Notes: a model not told the origin generated them from the letters alone. Shown: positions 29,056 to 39,193, counted from the stretch's first letter. The stretch is DNA of 64,000 nucleotides from an uncultured delta proteobacterium (GCA_963817385.1 CAWFOM010000012.1:32001-96000), one strand, 5' to 3'. Program-made: numbers and translations.

Positions 29056-29970
29056 CTATATTCCCGCGACCAGCAGCTCAACGCGTCGATTTCTTGCCTG
29101 ACCTTCTTCCGTCTCATTCGTGGCAATCGGAGAGCTTTCCCCGTAACCCCTGACGGTGATCCGCTCAGGACGGATGCCATGCTTCACGGTGAGATAGGAT
29201 TCTACGGCTTTTGCCCTTTGCAGCGAAAGATAATCGTTGTACTTTTCTGTACCGGTGCTGTCGGTATGCCCTGCTAATATGATGTTTGCTTCGGGTATTT
29301 TCTCTTTGAGGACCAGAGCGATTTCATCGAGAATGGCATGGTACTGCTCTTTGATCGTTGACATGTTAAAATCAAAGTGAATCATTGGCTCGCTCTTGGA
29401 GGATAGGTATTCATCGAGCTCGAGATACATGCCTTCCCGTTTTTTGCTTTTTTCTCCCTCGCCGGCGGTAAGCGATTGTGAGGCATCATCGCGGCTCGTG
29501 ACGGCTGCCCTCATGTCGGGGCTTTCCTTCTCTCTGCCTTTTCCCCCGCGGTTAGGAGTAAGCCATGCTTGAGCCCCTTTGTGGCCAAGATTGGCTGCTG
29601 TTCTCATATCGTCGCGGGCATTTTCGTTATTGATGATGAATGCGTGAAGCAATCCTCGCTCATAATATGCTTCAGCATTTGTCGGGTCAAGATCAATGGT
29701 CTTGTTAAAATCTGCGAGAGCTTCCATAGCGAATGTCTTATGAGAAGCCATGTATGCCTTAGCCCTTTTGAAATATGCTTCAGAATAATTTTTATCGATC
29801 TCGACAGCCGTTGTGTACATTTTTATTGCTTCTTCATAGACATTCTGCTTTTCATACTCCATACCCTTTTGAAGCCAATCTTGAGCAGTCAGCTTTTCTC
29901 TTGCCAATCCGGTCTGGCAGGAGAACAACGCAACAGCGGCAATGACAAAAAAACATTTGATTTTGTTCAT
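29056..29970 (-). CDS. Exported TPR + OmpA-family peptidoglycan-binding protein
   Basis: Signal peptide, TPRs, then IHFDFN...GHTDSTG...N..LS..RA..V...GYGE...NRRVE. Confidence 0.92.
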   Translation of the reverse strand: MNKIKCFFVIAAVALFSCQTGLAREKLTAQDWLQKGMEYEKQNVYEEAIKMYTTAVEIDKNYSEAYFKRAKAYMASHKTFAMEALADFNKTIDLDPTNAEAYYERGLLHAFIINNENARDDMRTAANLGHKGAQAWLTPNRGGKGREKESPDMRAAVTSRDDASQSLTAGEGEKSKKREGMYLELDEYLSSKSEPMIHFDFNMSTIKEQYHAILDEIALVLKEKIPEANIILAGHTDSTGTEKYNDYLSLQRAKAVESYLTVKHGIRPERITVRGYGESSPIATNETEEGQARNRRVELLVAGI

Positions 29971-29983
29971 AATGCACCTCGAA

Positions 29984-30013
29984 TTGCGGTTAAAGCATTT
30001 GCGGTTAAAGCAT
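29984..30013. repeat. 15-bp tandem direct repeat upstream of the TPR-OmpA gene
   Basis: TTGCGGTTAAAGCAT twice, adjacent. Confidence 0.8.
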
Positions 30014-30103
30014 TAGTGGCAACATCCTATCTCTTGTCGAACACTATTTCAAGTATTATCCACCGACTCCCGATGCGTATCTGACGATCCGGAGATACAC
30101 CCT

Positions 30104-31735
30104 CTATCCCAAACCGTACTCCTTGATGGCGATTTCCCTCATTTTGAATTTCTGGACCTTGCCCAAAGGGGTCATGGGAAACTCGTTGACGAATTTTATA
30201 TAGCGGGGCAGGCCGGAACCGGGGAGTTTTTCTCGGCAATAGTGAAGAATCTCATCCTGAGTGACCGAGGCGCCCTCCTCCAGTTTAATCCATGCGGCCA
30301 CGTCTTCTCCGGAGATCTTACTGGGAACCCCGAAGATCTGAACATTGGAAATCATGGGATGACTGAAGAGGATCTCTTCGATCTCTGCGGGATAGATCGT
30401 CTCTTTCCCCCGGACGATTACCTCCTTCAATCTGCCGGTTGTCCTCACATACCCGTCGCCGTCCATGGTTCCCAGATCCCCGGTATGAAGCCACCCTTCG
30501 GAATCGATGGCATTGGCGGTCGCGGCCGGCATCCTGTAGTAACCTCTCATATTCAGTCCCCTGGCGCAAATCTCGCCGATGGCGCCCGTCGGAACCTCCC
30601 GGCCGCTTTGGGGGTCGATCAGCTTCACTACTACGTTGGGGATCGGTTTCCCGACGGTGGAAACCCGCAATTCCAGGGGATCGTCCGGCCGGGTCATCGT
30701 GATCCAGGAGGAGGCTTCCGTCTGGCCGTAACCGATGACAATTTCGCGCACCCCCATCTCATCCACGACCCGCTTCATCACCTCCAGGGGACATTGTGCC
30801 CCTCCCATGATCCCGGTCCGCAGGGATCGGAGGTTACCCGGTGTATATTCCGGATGCTCCATCATGCCGATGAAGGCGCCGGGAGATCCGTAAACCGCCG
30901 TACATCGTTCTTTTGTGATCGCCTCGAGAAATTTCCCCGGATCGAAGGTTTCGGCAGGGATGATGACGGCAGCCCCCTTGATCACCGCTGCCAAGGTGAC
31001 GCAGATGCAACCGAACATGTGGGCCAACGGGACGGAAAGACAAAGCCGGTCCTTTTCCGTCAATCTCTGGTTCTCCGCACTGGCCAATGTGGTGTTGATG
31101 ATCCCGGCGTGCGTCGACATCACCCCTTTGGGCGCTCCGGTTGTTCCGGAGGTGTAGAGAAGGGTGACGACATCGTCTTCCCGGCAGGAACTCTGTCGTT
31201 CGGACAAGATGAGATCGGGAACATCCCTCCCCGACTCCAGGACCTCTTTCCATGTACGCATGCCCGGGAAGGTCTGGTCGGAGATCAGGATGAGACGCCT
31301 CAGCTCCGGCAGGGCATGGCAATCCAGGCGCCCCGGTCCGGAAGAGTCGACCTCCGGGCAGAGCTGGCGGATCATCCCGATATATTCGGCGCCCTTGACT
31401 CCTTCGGACATGATGAGGGATGCCGAATCGGACTGCTTGAGGAGGTATTCAAGCTGTTGGGGCTGGGCATTCGTATCTACACTCACCAGGACGGCGCCGA
31501 TCTTTGTTGCGGCCAACTCCGTGATGATATATTCGGATATGTTGGGCGTCCAGAGGGCCAAGTGTTCCCCATACCCAATGCCGAGTTTCAGAAATCCTCT
31601 CGCCAACTGGTTGACGATCACTGATAATTCGCGATAGGAATATCTCCGGCCCTTGGGTATATCGATCAACGCATCCCTGGCGGGGAACCGGGAGGCCACC
31701 TCATCGAATAGATCGCCGATGGTAATGCTCAACAA
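30104..31735 (-). CDS. AMP-binding acyl-CoA synthetase (fatty-acid CoA ligase-like)
   Basis: YTSGTTGAPKG, GYGQTEAS, GWLHTGDLG, GRLKE..RG, PLGKVQK; likely start is TTG 31735 after GGGGAGAGG (ORF extends to 31864); TTGACA-17-TATTCT promoter at 31917-31889. Confidence 0.93.
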   Translation of the reverse strand: MLSITIGDLFDEVASRFPARDALIDIPKGRRYSYRELSVIVNQLARGFLKLGIGYGEHLALWTPNISEYIITELAATKIGAVLVSVDTNAQPQQLEYLLKQSDSASLIMSEGVKGAEYIGMIRQLCPEVDSSGPGRLDCHALPELRRLILISDQTFPGMRTWKEVLESGRDVPDLILSERQSSCREDDVVTLLYTSGTTGAPKGVMSTHAGIINTTLASAENQRLTEKDRLCLSVPLAHMFGCICVTLAAVIKGAAVIIPAETFDPGKFLEAITKERCTAVYGSPGAFIGMMEHPEYTPGNLRSLRTGIMGGAQCPLEVMKRVVDEMGVREIVIGYGQTEASSWITMTRPDDPLELRVSTVGKPIPNVVVKLIDPQSGREVPTGAIGEICARGLNMRGYYRMPAATANAIDSEGWLHTGDLGTMDGDGYVRTTGRLKEVIVRGKETIYPAEIEEILFSHPMISNVQIFGVPSKISGEDVAAWIKLEEGASVTQDEILHYCREKLPGSGLPRYIKFVNEFPMTPLGKVQKFKMREIAIKEYGLG

Positions 31736-32207
31736 TTTCCTCTCCCCTTTCTGTGCGCCAAAGAGCGCGGAAAAATCGATTACCTCATCCAAGGCCGCCT
31801 CATGTGCATGGGTCTCTAATTGAATCCGGATCCCCCGGCCGATAGAGAGGGTGGTGAGCGTCATGAAGACGGCGCAGGCGGAGTGTGAAGAATACGAAGA
31901 GTAGCCTTACGTGTCAAGGAGATTTATAAAAAGGAGATTTTAATAAAAAGGGACGGACCATCATGTTCGGATAAATGGTTGCCGCCCCCATCTACGAAAA
32001 ATCCCTATTCGGTTCGTTTTTTCTCGTTCATCATCGCTTTTATACTTTCGCTGCACGAGACGGATATTTCCTTCTCATGATCGCTCAGGCACTTTAGCAT
32101 CCCGCCTTGCGTGGGCATCATTTCCGTTACGCACCCGTAACAAGAAAATACCTTGTAGCTACGTCAGGTACGGGCTGTAATGATACATGGTAAAAAGCAT
32201 CCCATAC

Positions 32208-32687
32208 TCAGGTCAGTGCGATGTCGAGGCTCCCTTCCCATAACCCATGGAGGTTGCACGTCTGTCTCGCCAGTAGGGTCACTTTCCCGGCGGAAGCAGA
32301 GTCGCTGGAGAGCACCACCGTGAATACAGCCTTGGGCTTCAGATACCCCTTTGACTGGAAATCGATCCTTCCGGCCGGTTCATTGCCGATGCTGAGCTCG
32401 ATATATTCGATCCAGTGGGCGGGTCCCATCGGGTGAAGCACTTCCCCGACCGCCACTTCCACGAGGAACGGCTCACCTGCGGTTACCCGTGTTGGAGCCG
32501 TGAGCACCGGTGCATGACTTTTCTCAAGCGGGGTCTTTTGTGCCGGGTCTTTGACCCGATTGATGCCCTCGAAAAGCGACTGGTCCACCTTCGTAGGAAA
32601 GTAGCGTTCAGCCGCGGCAGCCGTATCAGTGATGCCTGCAGCCATGGAAACAACTATCGCGCTTTTGAGAAATTTCCGTCTGTCCAT
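32208..32687 (-). CDS. Tat-signal superoxide reductase-like (desulfoferrodoxin C-domain / neelaredoxin) protein
   Basis: MDRRKFLK Tat signal; EKSHAP, HPM..AHWIEYI and CNLHGLW iron-centre ligands. Confidence 0.88.
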   Translation of the reverse strand: MDRRKFLKSAIVVSMAAGITDTAAAAERYFPTKVDQSLFEGINRVKDPAQKTPLEKSHAPVLTAPTRVTAGEPFLVEVAVGEVLHPMGPAHWIEYIELSIGNEPAGRIDFQSKGYLKPKAVFTVVLSSDSASAGKVTLLARQTCNLHGLWEGSLDIALT

Positions 32688-32728
32688 CCTTAACACCTCC
32701 GTAATGAGATTGACTGATAAAGTTTTCC

Positions 32729-33748
32729 TTACGACCAAACCCCGCTGATCTCGGCGCCACATACAGGACATCGACCGTTTTCCACGGTGAGTTTATTCAG
32801 ACCCATGTATTTCCTATCCACGATTAATTCATGGCACTGATGGCAGTTCGTGTTCGTTCCCTCCGGGACATTGCCCAGATAGATGTAACGCAGTCCCGCG
32901 CTTCGGCCTATTTCCCTCGCCCTCTTCATCGTTTCCATGGGGGTCGCCATGCGATCATGAAATTCATAATCCGGGTGAAATCGGCTGATATGCCAGGGGA
33001 TATCGGTATCTATCCGGGCCAGAAATTCGGCAATTCCCGCCAATTCTTCATCCGAATCATTCTCCCCCGGAACAACCAGGGTCGTCACCTCCAGCCAGAT
33101 GCCCAGCTCCTTCATGGCGGCGATGGTATCCAAAACCGGCTGCAGACGCGCTTTGCAGGTTCTTTTATAAGAATCGTCACGGAAGCTCTTCAAGTCCACA
33201 TTGGCGGCGTCCAGATAAGGCTTGATCGTGTCGAGCGCCTGCCTGGTCATATAGCCATTGGTCACAAAGACATTGTACAGGCCGGCTTTCCTGGCTAACC
33301 GGGCCGTATCATGGGCATACTCGAAAAAAATGGTGGGTTCGGTATACGTATAGGAAATACTCAAGCAGGAGTTTTTCTTCGCATTCGCCACAACCTGCTC
33401 GGGCATCATCTCACGCCCCGCGGCGATATTGCTGTCGTCCTTGAACGATGCCTGAGAAATCTGCCAGTTTTGACAGAAGCCGCATTTGAAATTGCAGCCG
33501 ATCGTGGCTATGGAGTATGAACGGGAGCCCGGCAGGAAATGATAGAGCGGCTTCTTCTCGATCGGGTCGATGTTGGCGGCGATCACCTGCGCATATACCA
33601 TCGTATAGAGGACGCCCTGGAGATTCCGCCTGACGCCGCAGATCCCAAATGACGATTCGGGAATCCTGCATTCATGCGCGCACAGATGACACTGCCCGCT
33701 TTTGCCATCCAGCTTTTCCCAGAACAGGGCCTCTTTAATCATTAGCAT
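32729..33748 (-). CDS. amrS: AmmeMemoRadiSam system radical SAM enzyme
   Basis: CHLCAHEC, GICGVR, DPIEKKPLYHF, GCNFKCGFCQNW.ISQ, YTYTEP, HISRFHP, C-terminal CxxC pairs. Confidence 0.93.
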   Translation of the reverse strand: MLMIKEALFWEKLDGKSGQCHLCAHECRIPESSFGICGVRRNLQGVLYTMVYAQVIAANIDPIEKKPLYHFLPGSRSYSIATIGCNFKCGFCQNWQISQASFKDDSNIAAGREMMPEQVVANAKKNSCLSISYTYTEPTIFFEYAHDTARLARKAGLYNVFVTNGYMTRQALDTIKPYLDAANVDLKSFRDDSYKRTCKARLQPVLDTIAAMKELGIWLEVTTLVVPGENDSDEELAGIAEFLARIDTDIPWHISRFHPDYEFHDRMATPMETMKRAREIGRSAGLRYIYLGNVPEGTNTNCHQCHELIVDRKYMGLNKLTVENGRCPVCGAEISGVWS

Positions 33749-34415
33749 GCCCCCGGTAATCTCTCATAAATCCTTCCAGATCCCTGATCACTTCTTCATC
33801 CGTCAGATCATGCCAATGCCGATAGAAACTGGCAACGGCGAATGGATAATAATGTGAAATGACGGTAGACACCACATCATCAGCGGACGATTTGATAAGC
33901 TCCCAGGCATGCGAGGAGGCGACCGGCACCGCAGCGACAACTGTTGCCGCGCCCTGCTGCCGTATCGATCTGATGGCGGCCACCATCGTATATCCGGAAG
34001 CAAGTCCGTCATCTACGATGATGGCCGTTTTACCCCCAACGGAGGAGGCCATCAGTATTGTCCGGTAAACCGCTTGCCGTCGCCGTATCTCTGCCCTGAC
34101 CTCTTCGGCATGGCGCTCTATCTGCTGCCCGGTGAACCCTAACTGCCTGACCAGGGGTTCATTCAGAACGATGGCACCATCTTCCGTAACCGCACCATAG
34201 CCTGCCTCCGGGTTATCGGGAATCGGTATCTTGCGCGGGACGATGATATCAAGGTTGCTCCCCAGTTTTTTCGCCACCTCAACTGCCACGGGTATGCCGC
34301 CTCGGGGTATGGCGAACACAAGGGAATCACTCCCTCGATACTGTTCCAGTCCGCCCGCAAGTATCCTGCCGGCATCGACCCGATTCCGGAAGGGCGGCTC
34401 ATGATACGTCATCAT
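33735..34415 (-). CDS. Phosphoribosyltransferase-family protein
   Basis: FRNRVDAG..LA, IPRGG, PRKIP.P.NPE.GYGA, IIVDDGLASG.T. Confidence 0.9.
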   Translation of the reverse strand: MMTYHEPPFRNRVDAGRILAGGLEQYRGSDSLVFAIPRGGIPVAVEVAKKLGSNLDIIVPRKIPIPDNPEAGYGAVTEDGAIVLNEPLVRQLGFTGQQIERHAEEVRAEIRRRQAVYRTILMASSVGGKTAIIVDDGLASGYTMVAAIRSIRQQGAATVVAAVPVASSHAWELIKSSADDVVSTVISHYYPFAVASFYRHWHDLTDEEVIRDLEGFMRDYRGHAND

Positions 34416-34452
34416 TCGATCGCAATGGAGGATGGCATGGTCGTGATGCAAT

Positions 34453-34668
34453 TTAATCCGGCATCTTCCTTCGACCCGACCATTTCCGGAAGACCTCTAT
34501 TTCCTTGTTCAATTCCCCGGCCATGGGGCGTCCATGGGATTCCACGAGTAATTGGTACATCCGGATGACCGTGGCAGCCAGGATATCCTGGGCCCGGAGA
34601 ATGAACACCGGTTCCTCGGCAGCGATCCTGGGAATGTCCAGTTTGCCGTATTTACCTGATATAGCCAT
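34453..34668 (-). CDS. Small conserved hypothetical protein
   Basis: 71 aa with EPVFILRAQD and C-terminal KMPD; AAAGGA RBS; co-oriented within the operon. Confidence 0.7.
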   Translation of the reverse strand: MAISGKYGKLDIPRIAAEEPVFILRAQDILAATVIRMYQLLVESHGRPMAGELNKEIEVFRKWSGRRKMPD

Positions 34669-34765
34669 AATGAAGATCCTTTCTCAAACACACCTGAAGT
34701 TCACAAAGGCGCAATAGGGACACTCCCTGTTTTGTCTTCTATGCCCGAAGAGCAGCTCACTTCTT

Positions 34766-35032
34766 TCATTTCAAGGCTTCCACACCTGCCTCAAGAGCCT
34801 TCTTTATCTTCTCTTTCTTCCCAATGAGCAACTCCTTCTCCTGGTCTGCCAGTTTCTCGATTTTTTCGCAGACCTCCTCATATTGTTCCTTTGTTTTTTT
34901 TAATAATTCCTCGGCAGAATGGCTGATTTCCTCCCTCGTCTCTTTGCCGCTCTTGGGAGCATAGAGAATGCCCAACACCGCGCCGATGACCCCGCCTATT
35001 ATGAGTCCCTTTACACAATCGTCCGCTGCCAT
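34766..35032 (-). CDS. YtxH-domain protein
   Basis: GLIIGGVIGAVLGILYAPKSGKETRE followed by a coiled coil. Confidence 0.92.
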   Translation of the reverse strand: MAADDCVKGLIIGGVIGAVLGILYAPKSGKETREEISHSAEELLKKTKEQYEEVCEKIEKLADQEKELLIGKKEKIKKALEAGVEALK

Positions 35033-35263
35033 GTTGTTTTCTCCTTTCTTGAATGCACGGTCACCCTTTCATGGGGGAAAATATGTGCTTTTATTGTACT
35101 GATGGGATGGGCTGAAAACAACGCTGATTGATTGTAAGGGTATTGGTAGTCGATATCTATCAGGATGGAGGATGGCGGGGGCAAGCTACGGGGTAAAGTC
35201 GAAGTTTTGTTGATTCAGACATTGAGATGCCTTTGAGGCGTACGTGTCTGATTGATATCGGTT

Positions 35264-36370
35264 CTAAGTTTGTTTCACGATCTTTAGAAAATAATTGATT
35301 CCTGCCGGTTCCGTTATCAATTGGACATCTTTCATTTCGCTTTTCGGAATCGCCCTCAGAAACTCGTACATTTCAATTTCTTCGCGATATATCAATTTCC
35401 AGTCATAAATATATTCCATTACAAACCGAAGGTCTCGGGGATTATTGTAATTAAAGTTTCCTACAATGAGTTTGCCTCCCGGTTTAACCAGACCAAACAG
35501 GTTTTTTGTCAGCGCTGCCGTCCCTCTGGTATCATCCAGGGGATAGGTTTTAATATAGTCGTAGAGACCGGCGCTGTAGACAAGATCAAAATCTTCAGGC
35601 TGCAAATCGATCAGTTCGTATTTCAGCGGGCAGAATATTTTGCGAAAGCCATTGAAATCCCTGCGCGGATGGCAGAATCTCAACATAAAATCTCGCGGAA
35701 TGGCGGTCCGATAATTCCCCGCCATTAAAGTAAACGCATTGGCCAGCGCGTATCGAAAGCGAACATTATGATTTGTCGGCCTGAACTTAATGAGCGTTTC
35801 CATGTCATGATCAAGCGCCATGAAGCTCAAATGGTGCTCTGAACTCTTTTCCAGGACTTCCTTGATTTCCATGGCCGGTCCGGCAGCCAGACTGAGTATC
35901 TTTCTTCCTTTGATTTCTTGGATTTGTTGAATCAAATACGCTTTTCTGTTGCGAACGGACTGACAGGCTGCTGTAGAAACGGCATGTTTATGCAAAAACT
36001 TTCCAAAATTTGTCCGGCCTTCAAAGGTGTTCTGATAAATGTAATTCATCATCTGGGCGTCGCCCGCATAACCATTGGGTTTATACATGATCCGCCAGTA
36101 GAAAGGGGCTTCTTGGACGATTTGATAATATTGAGTGGTTTTAATATAATGTTCATGGGCCGTTCTTTGTTCCGGGCTAAAGTTTTCCGAAATTTCTGCC
36201 AGCGCATCCATGAGCTGAAACCGCCAGGGATCAAACCGGTCCATCTCTTTCGTCAGCTTTGCCTCCAGTTCACGCCCCTCCTCAGCAAATGAATTCACCC
36301 GGTCCCGGATGTCGAAATGTCCGCTTTCAAGCTCGCTAAACAGCTTTTTAAATCGGATGTTGATATTCAT
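35264..36370 (-). CDS. PhcB-like class I SAM-dependent methyltransferase
   Basis: KPNGYAGD..MM..IY, SVRNR, ILSLAAGPAME, ALDHD, FDLVYSAGLYDY, LVKPGG.L.VGNF, MEYIYDW.LIYR. Confidence 0.78.
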   Translation of the reverse strand: MNINIRFKKLFSELESGHFDIRDRVNSFAEEGRELEAKLTKEMDRFDPWRFQLMDALAEISENFSPEQRTAHEHYIKTTQYYQIVQEAPFYWRIMYKPNGYAGDAQMMNYIYQNTFEGRTNFGKFLHKHAVSTAACQSVRNRKAYLIQQIQEIKGRKILSLAAGPAMEIKEVLEKSSEHHLSFMALDHDMETLIKFRPTNHNVRFRYALANAFTLMAGNYRTAIPRDFMLRFCHPRRDFNGFRKIFCPLKYELIDLQPEDFDLVYSAGLYDYIKTYPLDDTRGTAALTKNLFGLVKPGGKLIVGNFNYNNPRDLRFVMEYIYDWKLIYREEIEMYEFLRAIPKSEMKDVQLITEPAGINYFLKIVKQT

Positions 36371-36411
36371 TGGAAAGACTCCCTTATAATTGATTCTCTA
36401 TTTTGAAACTA

Positions 36412-38358
36412 TCAGACATCGTCCAAAACTTTTCGGACCTCCCTTGATAAAATATTGATATTAAAAGGTTTCTGAATAAACCCGGCACAACCGCGCTTAA
36501 GTATGTCGCTTGCCTGACCCTCCATGCTATACCCGCTGGAAAGGAGGACGCGAACATCAGGGGATTGGCTTTTCAGAACATCAAAAACCTCGCCGCCGCC
36601 CATTTCCGGCATAATCATATCCAGGATAACCAAGCTGATGGCCTTGCTGTTGGCATAAAAAATCTCAATGGCCTCTTTTCCATTTCTGGCCGTTATGGTG
36701 TTGTAGCCCAAACTTTGCAGCATTTCGCTTCCCACCTCCAGTACCATCTCCTCGTCATCCACCAGTAAAACGGTTTCATTGCCCTTCAACAAAGCAGCCT
36801 CGACATTCTCTTTTTTGACAGCTTTTTTCTCCGACCGGGGCAAATAAAATTTAAATGTCGTCCCCCTATGCTTTTCGCTCTGTACCAGAATAAAACCGCC
36901 ATGTCCTTTGACAATGCCATAAGCCGACGCAAGTCCCAGACCGGTCCCCCGGCCGAATTCCTTGGTTGTAAAAAAAGGGTCGAAAATTCGTTGCTGGATC
37001 GCGGCATCCATGCCGATACCGGTGTCTGTAACGCTTGTCTCCACATAATCGCCGGGTTTTAATTCAAATGCCAAATCTTTCAGAACGCTGCTGTTCATGG
37101 GAATATTCCGGGTCTGAATGTGGATACTCCCGCCTCCCGGCATGGCCTGCCAGGCATTCACAAACAGGTTTAAAAGAACCTGCTCAGTCTGGCCCTGATC
37201 GACTTCGACAATCCAGATATCCTTCTCGTAATCCGTGGTGATGCTAACTTCCTTTCTGGTTGAGCCAAACAGTTTTGAGCTTTTTTCGATGAGCTCATTC
37301 AGGTCTGTCGGCTGGATCTTATATTTTCCGCCCCTGGCAAAACCAAGCAACTGTTGTGTCAGTTCCGACCCCCTAATAACGTACTGCTCGATATTTCTTA
37401 ATTTCCGATAGATCGGATCGTCCGCTTCAATACCTAATAGGGCCAAGGAAGCATTCCCCTGAATGCCCATGAGCAGGTTGTTAAAATCATGCGCGATGCC
37501 TCCGGCCAACGTGCCGATGGCTTCCATTTTCTGCACCTGTATAAGCTTGGTTTCAAGCTGTTTGCGATCCTGTTCGACCAGCTTGCGTTCTTCAATTTCC
37601 TGTCTGAGTTCTGCATTCGTCATTTCAAGTTGGGCGGTGCGTTCCCTAACCCTTCCTTCCAGTTTACGGTTTGCCGCCTTTATTTTCTCCTGTTCAATTT
37701 CCAGCAGATACGCCAGAAAGAAATCCCTGCGGGTATAATATTCCATGGCATAACAGACACCCATACCAATCACATTGGCAGTGATAAAGAAAAAGTTGTT
37801 GTTCAGCAGAATCGGCAGCGGCGTCGGGCTGATCCAGATGGCCACGATTTCATAGAATGCCACAATAAACCATCCGGCCAGGACAGCCCAGATAAAACGA
37901 ACGCGGGTAAACGTATACCCCCACATAAAAACGAGAATCAGACCCACATAATAGGAATAATTTGCAGGCGGCGGTATAATCGAAATCATCACGATGATGG
38001 CAGAACCGGCAATGATCATGGCGGCCGTCAGAAGCAATTGAATGTAATTCCGGAACTGTGAGAAGTAGGAAAACACGATGACGCCAAACAGGCTGGGACA
38101 GACGATGAAAAAGCGGATGGCCCAGAGCCTGTTTTTCATTTGCGGCACAAGTACCACGTCGAGGATACCAAAGATTCCATAGAAAAAAATTCCAGCCAGC
38201 AAGGAGAACCGTATCATTCGCAGAGAATCAAGATAATATTTTTCCTGGAATGACGCTTCCATTTCTCCGGAAAATGAAAGGGTTAATGGATTTAATTCCA
38301 TTTCCTGGGGGCCTGGTGTTGCTGGGGGCATGACGAAGTCTTGGCTATTCGTTTTCAT
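36412..38358 (-). CDS. Hybrid sensor histidine kinase (6TM sensor - HisKA - HATPase - receiver)
   Basis: Six TM helices with short loops, LAGGIAHDFNN H-box, NA..AM, DTG.GM, DPFFTTK..G.GTGLGL, C-terminal receiver (LLVDDE, DMIMP, KPF). Confidence 0.95.
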   Translation of the reverse strand: MKTNSQDFVMPPATPGPQEMELNPLTLSFSGEMEASFQEKYYLDSLRMIRFSLLAGIFFYGIFGILDVVLVPQMKNRLWAIRFFIVCPSLFGVIVFSYFSQFRNYIQLLLTAAMIIAGSAIIVMISIIPPPANYSYYVGLILVFMWGYTFTRVRFIWAVLAGWFIVAFYEIVAIWISPTPLPILLNNNFFFITANVIGMGVCYAMEYYTRRDFFLAYLLEIEQEKIKAANRKLEGRVRERTAQLEMTNAELRQEIEERKLVEQDRKQLETKLIQVQKMEAIGTLAGGIAHDFNNLLMGIQGNASLALLGIEADDPIYRKLRNIEQYVIRGSELTQQLLGFARGGKYKIQPTDLNELIEKSSKLFGSTRKEVSITTDYEKDIWIVEVDQGQTEQVLLNLFVNAWQAMPGGGSIHIQTRNIPMNSSVLKDLAFELKPGDYVETSVTDTGIGMDAAIQQRIFDPFFTTKEFGRGTGLGLASAYGIVKGHGGFILVQSEKHRGTTFKFYLPRSEKKAVKKENVEAALLKGNETVLLVDDEEMVLEVGSEMLQSLGYNTITARNGKEAIEIFYANSKAISLVILDMIMPEMGGGEVFDVLKSQSPDVRVLLSSGYSMEGQASDILKRGCAGFIQKPFNINILSREVRKVLDDV

Positions 38359-38784
38359 TAAGGGTATCCCATCAAAAATATTTTTCGTTAACGGGCATCA
38401 TAGCCGTTAACCATTTGTAAACGATGCGCGGCATACGATATGTATTTTCCTATGGCCGCTTTTCTCTCTATCCCTCCGTAGGGGCTGCTCGATCATCCGC
38501 TATTTTATTTGCTAATTTGTTCCGTTTCGCTACTAGGTCACAGAGGTAGTTGATTACCCGGTCAAAGATAGAAGAAATCCCATGCTAACACAACCTGTTG
38601 TGATAAAATCTCCTTATCACACAAGACTTCTTTCCGTATCCCCGGCTCACAGAACGGTAATTTCTTATCAATCATCGCAGTACGCCGTCAAGAGAATGTT
38701 ATCCGATCCCTGACGTTTCAAGGCATATTACAGACGTATCTCAGACTTATATCGGTATATCCGCGACAATACTTTACGGTTATC

Positions 38785-39080
38785 CAGCAGGCCCGAATAG
38801 ATGGCGGTTCCTTCATCAGCGAGATACTGCATCCGTTTCTGGGAAAAGGATACCCGGATGATGGAGCTAAGGTTTTGATGGCGACATGACCATTCCCCGA
38901 ATTCCTCAACCCGCTTCTGATGGCAGGAGGGGAAATGAAGATGCTTGCAAGGGAAAGCAAGAAATACTCGTGATTGCAGTCATTACACTTCACCCGGGCA
39001 AAGTCTTTGTGCAGGTTGCCGCGATCAAGATAACGGTAAATGACCTGCCGGAGATAGGGTCGGAAGAACCCGTAGAGATT
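38785..39080 (-). mobile_element. IS91-like (Y2) transposase remnant with internal deletion
   Basis: Fragments YGFFRPYLRQVIYRYLD..NLHKDFARVKCNDCNHEY, CKHLHFPSCHQKRVEEFGEW (Zn-binding domain) and IIRVSFSQKRMQYLADEGTAIY in shifting frames. Confidence 0.75.
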
Positions 39081-39193
39081 TGTTATGGATTACCCCGTGA
39101 ACTGGAATTGTTTGTCAGCGAAATCTCAGCCTGCAGCGTTTGATTGTTGCTGATTGAAAGATTATGATAGGGAATGCAAACTACTTGCCGCGG

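Noticed and set aside
31736..31864. 43-aa N-terminal extension of the acyl-CoA synthetase, or a riboswitch in this leader
   Set aside because: The ATG at 31864 has no RBS while the TTG at 31735 has a strong one; no known aptamer motif was recognised
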